A DNA stretch of 64,000 nt from Octopus sinensis (Eukaryota), in contig NC_042997.1 in assembly GCF_006345805.1 (NCBI RefSeq), forward strand, positions 184,512,001-184,576,000. Reading direction: 5' to 3'. The notes beneath the pieces were generated by a model. It saw only the letters and a list, made by a program, of their open reading frames with translations. It was not told the origin of the DNA and did not search any database. How positions within the stretch are numbered: the first letter of the stretch is position 1; each line of letters starts with the position of its first letter. Both the position numbers and the translations under genes were made by a program. This document shows, piece by piece, positions 27,486-38,951 of the stretch.

Positions 27486-27765
27486 ATATTTAGCAATATC
27501 ACTCTCCCATCGTTTTCCTTTTCACCTTTTCCCGTGTCTCTATGAGTCTCGATACACACACAAACACAGACACACACACAGAGACACACACACAGACACA
27601 CACAGACAGACACACAGATACACACACAGACACACACACACACACACACACACACAAAGACAGACAGACATACAGACAGATACACATATACACATACATG
27701 CATATATTTGCATGCATGTGTGTGTTCATATATGTTGCATATGTATGTGTGTGTCTGTATATGAA

Positions 27766-28140
27766 CAGAGTGATTTAAAAGTCGCCACACATAAGAAACA
27801 ATTTATCTTTTTATAAGAAACAGTTTATAAGAACAGTTTGTTTTTGTTATTTAACAGGCTCTATATGGTTACCATTGTTTTGAATACACATTGCAATACG
27901 TTTACCCGACTCATTGTGAACTCGTAATAGCATATCTCGTGATACGTGCGCAAATGAGTTGGTGATGCATTCCTTCAAATGATTTATGTCTTTTACCTTT
28001 CCGCGATACACCATGCCTTTCAAATGCCCCTAAAGATAAAAATTAAGAGGGGTCAGATCAGGGAATCTAGGAGATCTCATAAACTGTTCCTTATAAAAAT
28101 ATAAATTGTTCCTATGTATGGAGACTTTTGAATCACCCTG
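27766..28140. mobile_element. Tc1/mariner-type MITE (~375 bp)
   Basis: Left CAGAGTGATTTAAAAGTCGCCACACAT versus right end reverse complement CAGGGTGATTCAAAAGTCTCCATACAT; TA immediately after the right end. Confidence 0.75.
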
Positions 28141-28186
28141 TACATTTGTATACTTGTGTGTCTGTATGTGTACAAACACACATATA

Positions 28187-28219
28187 CTTTCTTTCTTTCT
28201 TTCTTTTTTCTTTCTTTTT

Positions 28220-28254
<35 letters not shown>

Positions 28255-28303
28255 GTCTTCCTTCCTTTCTTTCTTTCTTTCTTTCTTTCCTACTTTCCTT
28301 TTT

Positions 28304-28358
<55 letters not shown>

Positions 28359-28371
28359 CTCTCTCTTTCTT

Positions 28372-28449
<78 letters not shown>

Positions 28450-28451
28450 TC
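28187..28451. repeat. (TTTC)n microsatellite
   Basis: Directly visible. Confidence 0.95.
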
Positions 28452-29229
28452 CTCCCCCCCTCTTTCTCTATCTCTCTCTCCCAAACACACACGCGCGCGT
28501 TGTTGTTTTTAGTATTTGTGTACTATTTCGAGTCTATAGACAAATGAAAGAAATGTAAAAAAAAAAATGTAAAAACAAAAACAAAAATAAAAAAATGGAA
28601 AAAAAATTTTTTTTTTTTTAATGGCTTGAAATGTTGCCACTATGGTATCTAATCAGTTAAGTGTTATTCATAAGCTATTTCTTTTTGATATAAACAATTT
28701 AATTTACCTAGAATTTAGCAAACTATCTTGTCTCAAGTTCAAACGCCAATAAACGATGAATAATAGAACGACATAAAATGTCTATCGTTATACTGAGTAG
28801 CCATCTGAAATATTTGAAAAAATTGCTTTAGCGTGTTGATATGCAGACGATGATGATCAAACTTATGATGTTATTATGTGATATTAAAATTTATTGAATT
28901 GTAGTGATAACTTTATAGTAGATATTGAAGCATCCTTGAATGCTAAAAATACATTAAAATATCTATAAGTGATTAGTTCGCTAGCTGATGGGTTGAATGA
29001 TATATTGTTGGCTAGCTCTACCCGAGCAGACCAAAGGCTAACAATCGGTTAGTTTGATAGGAGAAAGCAATTATATAACAGTTTCTATAACTGGTTGTCT
29101 TTTATTAGCTGTGATGTCCGCTTCTGTGCACTTGAGACGCTAAGCATGCGACGTTAGGAAGCTTCCTGGCAAAGTGATAGGAATGAGAAATAAAATTAAA
29201 TTTATGTTTGTATACACAAGTGCGAGTAT

Positions 29230-29832
29230 ATGTACGTATGTGTGTATGTATGTATGTATGTATGTATTTATGTATGTATGTATGTATGTATATACGTACG
29301 TATGTATGTATGTATGTATGTATGTACGTATGTATGTGTGTATGTACGTACGTACGTACGTATGTATGTATGTATGTATGTATGTATGTATGTATGTATG
29401 TATGTATGTATGTATGTATGTATGTATGAATGTGTGAATGTGTATGAATGTTTGAATGCGTATGAATGTTGGAATGTGCATGAATGTGTGTATATGTATG
29501 AGTATATATATGTATACATACATACATACACACATACATACATACATACATACATACATACATACATACATACATACAAACATACATACATACATACATA
29601 CACACTTCCAAAAATACATATATACATACAAACATACATACTCACATACATACAAACATACATACATACATACATACATACATACATACATACATACATA
29701 CATACAAACATACATACATACATACATACACACTTCCAAAAATACATATATACATACAAACATACACACTCACATACATACAAACATACATACATACATA
29801 CATACATACACACACACATACATACACACACA
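29230..29832. repeat. (TATG)n then (CATA)n arrays in opposite orientation, with an internal duplicated ACACTTCCAAAAATACATA unit
   Basis: Directly visible; duplicated unit at ~29602 and ~29730. Confidence 0.9.
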
Positions 29833-30142
29833 TATGATATATAATGAATTCACGTGAGGAAATTTCTATCGGTTTACGTGTGAGAAAAAAGAAGCTGTTG
29901 TCACTCGTCGATGAAATTAAAATTATAAAGAAAATACCTTCATTATTTCTCCAATTAAACCATTTTTATTGTTAAACATTTTCTATATTAAATAAGCAGT
30001 GAGTTAACTATCCAAATTTGTGATTATTCTCATGCACGATAAATACCAATCTACGTGATCTATATTAACATATGTCTTTGCGTACTCAATCACCTTAACG
30101 AGTAACGGTCTCCATATTCAATGATAAAAATCTCCAGTAATG

Positions 30143-30882
30143 GGCGTAGGAGTGGCTGTGTGGTAAGTAGCTTGCTTACCAACCACATGGTCCTGGGTTC
30201 ATTCCCACTGCGTGGCACTTTTGGCGAGTGTCTTCTACTATAGCCTCGGGCCGACCAAAGCCTTGTGAGTGCATTTGGTAGACGGAGACTGAAAGAAGCA
30301 CGTCGTATATATGTATGTGTATATATATATGTATGGATGAGTGTATGTTTGTGAGTCTGTGTGTGTGTCCCCAGCATCGCTTGACAACTGATGTCGGTGT
30401 GTTTGCGTCCCAGTAACTTAGCGGTTGTTGTTGTTTGTTTGTTCCTTCTCGAGTCATGCCTAGTTCATAAAGGCCGGTTTCCCAGTTTCCTTGGCGTATA
30501 GGTTGCCCATCTGGACGGGACGCCGGTCCGTTGCAGGTGAGCTAAAATATGCAGGAGGAAAGAGTGAGAGAAAGTTGTGGCGAAAGCGTCAGAAGTTCGC
30601 CATTACCTTTTGCCGGAGCCGCGTGGCGCTTAGGTGTTTCGCTCATAAACACACACATCGCCCGGTCTGAGATTCGAACCCGCGATCCCTCGACCGCGAG
30701 TCCGCTGCTCTAACCAGTTGGCCATATGCCTCCACATAACTTAGCGGTTCGGCAAAACGGATCGATAGAATAAGTACTAGGCTTATAAAGAATAAGTCCT
30801 GGGGTCGATTTGCTCGACTAAAGGCGGTGCTCCAGCATGGCCACAGTCACATAACTGAAACAAGTAAAAGAGTAAAAGAGTA
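30143..30882 (+). mobile_element. Family-1 SINE interrupted by a nested SINE
   Basis: Head GGCGTAGGAGTGGCTGTGTGGTAAG...GGTTCATTCCCACTG; body resumes after 30737; tail GTAAAAGAGTAAAAGAGTA. Confidence 0.9.
30427..30736 (-). mobile_element. tRNA-Arg-like-head SINE (family 3, V-domain-like body), nested, with 13-bp TSD
   Basis: Minus-strand head GTGGAGGCATATGGCC...GGGTTCGAATCTC; TSD TAACTTAGCGGTT at 30414-30426 and 30737-30749; (CAA)n tail. Confidence 0.9.
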
Positions 30883-31211
30883 TCAATTCATGTAAATCTA
30901 TGTTATGTTAAACCATTCTACTGCAGTCGTGCTATCAACCCATTCCTGTAGCTTAGTAGTCCCTTTAATTTTGATATCAATATTTCATAGTAATCTTTTA
31001 TCTACTAAACCTATTTCAGTTCTTGGTGGGTTTAAAAGTCTCCTGAAATTAGGTTTGTGATCTTTAAGAATAATAAAATTTTCCATTTTTTGTTCGGCTT
31101 TCTAATCTATCATCAAATTAGTACGTTTAGAGAGGAATTTAGCCTTATCCTTGATATCATTAGTCTTATATTTAGTGGAAACGGTGTCATTCAGTAATCT
31201 ATCATGTAGAT

Positions 31212-31546
31212 CAGTAGTTCTCAACCATTTTTTTTTCATTTATGGACCGCTGTCATTTCTATTGTATTTTGCTGGACCCCATAGCCGTTCTACGTTTAAA
31301 ACTAGATACTTCATCAAAATTCCTATTTTGTTATTCACACATTAGCTTGCATTGATTGAACTATGTAAAACATTAGAGAAAGGAACCAAGCTATTTCTTG
31401 TAATAGATGCAATCAAATCAAAACTTTACATGGACACTTAAAATACTACTAAAGACCCCCAATTTACTATTTTACCAGCCTGCTTCCCCACCTAAATCTA
31501 ATATGAACCCCCTAGATATCATATCGACCCCAGTTGAGAACCTGTG
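31212..31546. mobile_element. hAT (Charlie-like) MITE
   Basis: TIR-like CAGTAGTTCTCAAC ... GTTGAGAACCTGTG; flanking 8-mers ATGTAGAT / ATAGAGAT partly match. Confidence 0.65.
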
Positions 31547-32510
31547 ATAGAGATCATTATTGACTTCATGCAGTTTGTTGGTCTTATCAGAAAATACGAA
31601 CTTACTTTAGAGTTTATAAAGTTTCAAGCCAAATTAAAATCCGATATAGAAAGAAAGCTTAGAAGCTTAAAAATAAGTTCGTATTTTCTGATAAGATCAA
31701 CAACTTGTATGAATTCACTAATGATGTACATGATAAATGGCTAAATAATACCATTTCCAGTAAATATAAGGGAGTGTCGACATTTCTTTCTTGCACCTCT
31801 TGTACTGATGGTTGCGAAGGTCCAAATTCAGGTCCTGATTCGCGGAGGCGACTCCAATACTCAGCTCTCTCATCAAAACCCCAATTCCACTGCTTGAATC
31901 TTTCAACATGTCTTGCATTTACATTTATCTATGGCTGCGAATGTTTGCCCAAAATTTGTAGACGTTTCCATTGTAGTGGCATGCTATGAGCGTGATGGGA
32001 GCTTCTTGTATATTCATTGGAGTGCATATTTTTTTGGTGAAATGTAACTCCAAAGATTAATTCCGGTGTACGAAAGTAAACAGAACGCTTGCTGTATCCC
32101 TTCCTGCTAGCTACCGCTTCGTAGTCTTCGTTTCAGCTGTCCATGTCACGTCGTATTACCATTACAGTGTTTACAGAGCATTGAGCAGCAGTCATAACAG
32201 TTTTATATCCGACCCGAATCATTTTCATACAGTTAGTTATTTTTCAAGATTCAGATGGCTTCATAACACCAAGGACGACGACTACGATAAGAACAGAAAT
32301 ATCAATGAGCTAACGATGAGCCTGTACCTGACCACACGAATTCTTAGAAACAGCAACGAAATATGTTTCAAGACCACTCTACCGACTTAAAATAAGGGAA
32401 GGACAATGTAGCAAAATGTAATCTGCGATATAGTAATGTCTGGAAAGACGGGGGTGGTTACTCATAGAAAGTGTTCGGTTAGAAATATGCTCTAGTAGAT
32501 CTGAAGCTAA

Positions 32511-32915
32511 ACACCACGACTACCACCACCACCACCACCACCACCACCACCACCACCACCACCACCAAAACCACCATCAAAACCACCACCAAAACCACCA
32601 CCAACACCACCACCAACACCACCACCACCACCACCAACACCACCACCATCACCACCACCATCACCACCAGCACCACCAGCACCACCACACCGCCATCCCA
32701 AACATCAACGCCACCACCACCACCACATCCACCACCACCACCACCATCACCATCACCACCACCACCACCACCACCACACCGCCATCCCAACCATCAACGC
32801 CACCACCAGCACCAGCACCAGCACCACCAGCACCAGCACCAGCACTACCATCACCAACAACAACAACAATAATGATAACCCAACCTCAACCAACAACAAT
32901 GATAACAACAACAAA
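32511..32915. repeat. (CAC/CCA)n grading into (CAA)n, with an internal duplicated CACACCGCCATCCCAA..CATCAACGCCACC unit
   Basis: Directly visible. Confidence 0.92.
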
Positions 32916-33602
32916 AGCAACAGCAAAGTAAATTCTGAATGTGGCAACCATAGATTAAACAACATGAAATCTATTAAAAAATAAAGTGGGCTATTAACAT
33001 AAATCACCATTTTTTTCCTTGGAGTCAGAAACTTAAAGGATATAAATAAATGAAAAGAATTCCCCTTGAAAATGTTTAGTTCTGAATATTAAGGCTTATT
33101 TCCCCCATTACTAATAAGAAACATAACAATTAATTATTTAGGGATAGGATACCTAGAAAATAATGAGCTAATATTTTGGAGAGTAAATCTTGTTTTTTTC
33201 TGTTGCCATAACAGTCAGTAGCTTGTTAATGTGGAAAATATAATGAGAAAAACTCATTAGGAAAAACGACCCCATAAATATCCACAAATCAGAAAGAAAT
33301 CATCAAAACACCAAAAACCATTAGCTGTGTTAGATATTGCTCATATATCTGTTTTTGGTGCCCCGGTGCTTCATATACAGGCACAGCATTCTACATTCCA
33401 AATTAGGCAATCCTACTGATTTATTCCCAAACAGCTACGAGCATTGGATAAGCAGATGCCTTGTTTTTATCTCCCGGCTTTTACAACTGCAAACACAATC
33501 TGTAAACAATCATTTTTCACCAAGACCTTGCCGATGATTGCTCCCCCCCCTATTCACTCTTTAACTATTCCGTGTTACATCTAGAGACTTCGACCAAACA
33601 CT

Positions 33603-33927
33603 CCTTTCTTTCTTTCCTTCTTTCTTTTTTTCTTTCTTTCTTTCTTTCTTTCTTTCTTTCCTTCTTTCCTTCCTTCCTTTCTTTCTTCCTTCCTTTCCTT
33701 CTTTCTTTCTTTCTTTCTTTCTTTCTTCATTTCTTCCTTTCTTGCTTTCTTTCTTTCTTTCTTTCTACCTTCTTTTCTTTCTTTCTTCCTTTCTTTCTTT
33801 CTTTCTTTCTTTCTTCATTCTTCCTTCCTTCCTTCCTTCCTTCCTTCCTTTCTTTCTTTCTTTCTTTCTTTCTTCCTTCCTTTCTTTCCTTCCTCCCTTT
33901 CTTTCTTCCTTCCTTCCTTTCTTTCCT

Positions 33928-33959
<32 letters not shown>

Positions 33960-34146
33960 TATTTCTTTCTTCTTTCTTTCTTTCTTTTTTTCTTTCTTTC
34001 CTTCTTTCTTTCTTCCTTTCTTCCTTCCTTCCTTCCTTCCTTCCTTTCTTTCTTTCTTTCTTTCTTTCTTTCCTCCCTCCTTTCTTTTTTTCTTTCTTTC
34101 TTCCTTTCTTTCTTTCCTACTTTCCTACTTTCCTTCAGTCATTAAT

Positions 34147-34187
<41 letters not shown>

Positions 34188-34236
34188 TTTCTTTCTTTCT
34201 TTCTATCCTTCTTTCATTATTTGTTTCTTTCTTTCC
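33603..34236. repeat. Long (TTTC/TTCC)n polypyrimidine tract
   Basis: Directly visible. Confidence 0.95.
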
Positions 34237-34616
34237 TAGAACATCTACTGATGTTCAGACATCAGACTAGGAGGGCCCCTCATTCTCCTCTGACAGGCTC
34301 ATTTAGTTTATAAAAGCCAAACTGCCTCACAGCTAATCAACTAATTCCGGAAGAGAGAATAGCAATAGTGTTTGTAAATCGTGGGCTGTGAATAGAAAGT
34401 AACAACTTCCAAACATTAATCACATGATTTACATAAGTGACTCTAGTATCAGAAGAGTGTGAACGAAACGAAAATAATTGATGAATCTGAGGGAAAATAA
34501 ACAACAAAAAGAGAGAACAAGCATTAGATTAAAATAAACAGGCACTATTTCTTGAGTGATAGTTCATAGGCTCTAGAAGAAAGTTTCAGAGCAAAAGACA
34601 TGTATCGTGTAAGAGC

Positions 34617-35210
34617 TGAATTCGTCTGTCTTTACGTTCTGAGTTTAGATTCTACCAAGGTCGACTTTCCTTTCATTCTTTCGGGGTCGATAAATTAAGT
34701 ACCAGTTGCGTACTTGAGTCGATGTAATCAATTGGCCCCCCTCTCCCCAAAATTTCGGGCCTTGTGTCTAGAGTAGAAAAGAATATAAGAGCTGATAAAT
34801 GCAGCGAGCAGGCAGAACCGTTAGCAATCGGGGGAAAATACTTAGTGGCATTTCGTCCGTCTCTATGTTCTGAGTTCAAATACCACCGTGGTCGACTTTG
34901 TCTTTCATCATTTTGGAATCGATATAACAAGTACCAGTTGATTACTGGATTTGATATAATCGACTTACCCCTCCTCCGAAAGTGCTGGCATTGTGTTAAA
35001 ATTTGAAACCAATATAAGAATTGAATAAGGTGGCGAACTGGCAGAACCGTTTGCAAGCCGGGAAACAATGCGTAGTGACATTTCGACCGTCTACGTTCTG
35101 AATTCAAATTCTGCCGAGGTTGATTTTATCTTTCATCCTTTCGTGATCGATACCAGTTGAGCACTGGGGCAGATGTAATCGACTTATCCTTCTCCCGAAA
35201 TTGCTGGACG
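34617..35210 (+). mobile_element. Three head-to-tail degenerate family-2 SINEs
   Basis: Repeated GTTCTGAGTT...GTCGACTTT...TTTCAT...TCGATA...GTACCAGTTG blocks starting near 34617, 34801 and 35025. Confidence 0.8.
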
Positions 35211-36004
35211 AACATAGGTCTAATGGTTAATGTTTATAAATCAGGTAAAGATGGAGTGACGACAACTTCAAAATTTTAGATTAGGAGCATTATATTAACG
35301 CATGCAATTAACTTAGAACGTTTAGCTCGAGGCCTAATATTTATTCAATCCGATGTTTGACATGTATTGTGACAATTCCGGAAATATATCGGTCGCATAA
35401 GACATTTCCAGAGAAGCATAGTCTTGACCAATGATTGATTATTAAAATTGTCCTATTAAACAGCAAGAAGTATGGAGGGAGAAACCTGGTTGTAATTCCA
35501 CTGAACTAAACTCTCACGCACTTAAAATAATCTGTTCTTTACTCAGGAAAAAGATAAAATGCCACAAAGAATATATCCGCATTTTGTGCTAACGTCATGT
35601 TACAGTGTCTCAGAGGGATATTTCAAAGAGGCAGATTTTCTGTTTCAAACCAGACCACCCTTGCTCGAACAGACTAATTCCTAATTATTCGAACCAACAG
35701 GCGCTTTTAATAGATTTCTTTTTCCAGCTATTGACTATCACTGTCAAGTAGGACATTGCACTGTGAAATGCTGCTGAGTTGTCATACATTTAAACCAAAT
35801 TTTCTCAAAACAACTTGTCCGACCGTCCCATTGGCTTCCCCTTTGAGAAACACTGATTTAACCTAAATTTGAGACACCAGTAAAAGAAGAAATAAAGATA
35901 TACCTTTTTCTGTTCCAAGAAAAACGATTTTACAAATGCACGTTCCCACAGCTTTATCGATTGCATTGTCACCTGGAATCGATTTTTGTAATTTTTTCAA
36001 GACT

Positions 36005-36356
36005 TATACACGCCCTGATACCGTCGGTATCTACATATCAAGTTTGAGCGCAATCGGATGGAGGATGCCCGAGATCTTAGAAGACACACAGACAGACAGA
36101 ACGGATTTTATATGATAGATAATGCTAGTGTGGAAGTCCAAGTAAGTTTCTTTTTCTTCTATAATAATAAGGGGAAAATATATACACGCCCTGATACCGT
36201 CGGTATCTACATATCAAGTTTGAGCGCAATCGGATGGAGGATGCCCGAGATCTTAGAAGACACACAGACAGACAGAACGGATTTTATATAATAGATAATG
36301 CTAGTGTGGAAGTCCAAGTAAGTTTCTTTTTCTTCTATAATAATAAGGGGAAAATA
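36005..36356 (+). repeat. Two-copy 176-bp tandem duplication containing a Helentron/DINE-1-like 3' end
   Basis: 36005-36180 and 36181-36356 near-identical; contains AAGTTTGAGCGCAATCGG...ACAGACAGACAGA...TTTTATATRATAGAT. Confidence 0.8.
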
Positions 36357-36750
36357 TGTAGATAACCTTATCTATAGGCACATATACAGAGTTGAACTGG
36401 GAGATTATGTCACAATTTTTCATAGTTCAGAAAATGACACTACATAAAGCCAAAAAGGCTTTAGGTTATCACTCGACCAATGGGAAACAGGCCAATGCTC
36501 CTTCATTTCACAACCTTCTGCTATAGATGGAAGCACAAACTACATAAGGAAGTCCAATACAACGTGGTAGAAATATATTAAAAATATACAATGGTAAAAG
36601 CTAGAACATTGTTAATTTGGAGGATGAAGTATCAATGCTGGCCAGAAACTATCATTAACTACACAATAAAACAAATTACTATATATGTATGTACATAGGC
36701 TTTGTTAGTAGATTTGGTAGACGGGAACTGAAAGAAGCTTGTAGTATGTG

Positions 36751-36786
<36 letters not shown>

Positions 36787-37330
36787 AAAAATAGAAGTTG
36801 AAATACACTGAGAATAGTTAAAATATTTTTATTAATATATTTAAAGATTTAACCGGTTTCATAGTTTCACTGATTTTCAGAAAGTTCAAATAGACGTGGC
36901 TTATGTCGCGGCTGTCTTGCTTCTGACTAGTATTCGAAGCTTGCTCTATTTTTATAGGGAGTTCATAGATCAAATTAGCATATGTTTTGAATAAGATTTG
37001 ATTGGTAGATGATAGTCACCTGATTGATCTTAGAAATTTTTGTAGGTTCCCTGCTACATCCGTGTGTTATTATCAAGTGACAATGTTCGGCATCGTAAGT
37101 TAAGGCTGATACGGTTGAATGAACATGTCCAAACAATCAATGCTCTGTATGTTTATTTGTTTATCTGAATATATATTTGTTATTGCCCACTTTTCATGCA
37201 ATTGGGCCCTGATATTGTCACCAACCATAATATGGCCGTGTTGCATGAAAATTAGGCCAAATTGCTTTGAAGAAGTTCAAACAATTGAACAACAAACGAA
37301 CACGTCAGCACATGGCTGTACTTATACAAT

Positions 37331-37718
37331 GTGGAGGCGCAATGGCCCAGTGGTTAGGGCAGCGGTCTCGCGGTCATAGGATCGCGGTTTCGATTCCCAG
37401 ACCGGTCGTTGTGAGTGTTTATTGAGCGAAAACACCTAAAAGCCCCACGAGTCCGGCAGGGGATGGTGGTGATCTCTGCTGTACTCTTTCACCCCAACTT
37501 TCTCTCACTCTTACTTCCTGTTTCTGTTGTACCTGTATTTCAAGGGGCCGGCCTTGTCACTCTCTGTGTCACGCTGAATATCCCCGAGAACTACGTTAAG
37601 GATGCACGTGTCTGTGGAGTGCTCAGCCACTTACACGTTAATTTCACGAGCAGGCTGTTCCGTTGATTCGGATCAACCGGAACCCTCATCGTCGTAACCG
37701 ACGGAATGCTTCCATCCA
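37331..37718 (+). mobile_element. tRNA-Arg-like-head SINE (family 4) with 13-bp TSD
   Basis: Head GTGGAGGCGCAATGGCCCAGTGGTTAGGGC...GGTTTCGATTCC; TSD TACTTATACAATG at 37319-37331 and 37719-37731. Confidence 0.88.
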
Positions 37719-38366
37719 TACTTATACAATGGGTCCTATACTCAGCCACTTTATTTGGTCTTAGGTATTCCTACACACCAATTAGGGGGAATACTAAGTT
37801 CAACTCTATATCACTATAACAATCACAGAGTACGACGACATGTAACAGGTTTCCTTTAATCATGAGTCAAGTTATTCCTTGATGCCTGCACGTCTCTGTC
37901 GATAATGTAAAGGCAGAGCATGTCGATCATATCTTTCCGCTACCTTTAGTTAACCACACGTTCATATTTGATTGCTTCAACGTTTCCCACTTATTTTTGT
38001 CTTTTTTACTTTGCATTTTCCTTCTTCATCTCCGACATTGCATTTCCAGCTCTCAGAATCATATTCACCCCATTATTTCTGCTACTCTATTTCTCACCCT
38101 CCGTTTATCTCCCTTGATCACTTCCTTCATATTCACTCTTCAATGCGTTAGATGTTTCTGTTTTCTCTCCAAATTATTTCCCTCCGAAATCGCCTATTTT
38201 AGATCTCTGCTTTATGTGTTCCTCATTTCCTTTCGTATTTTTTTCTAATTTCTCTCTAACTTTTCAACTCTTATTTTCGATGTCTTACTTTTTGCCTCCT
38301 TTCTTATTCACTTCCCTTTTTCCTTTCTGTTTGCCTATTTTATCTATCTATCTATCTATCTATCTA

Positions 38367-38950
<584 letters not shown>

Positions 38951-38951
<1 letters not shown>

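Noticed and set aside
30660-30736. Functional tRNA genes (also 37331, 58958, 20085-20165)
   Set aside because: They have A/B boxes but no complete acceptor stem, and most continue into SINE bodies with TSDs.
31700-32150. Minus-strand near-open frame (...ARHVERFKQWNWGFDERAEYWSRLRESGPEFGPSQP...) as a host exon or transposase
   Set aside because: It has an internal stop, no convincing splice sites and no family motif I recognise; a translated homology search would be needed.
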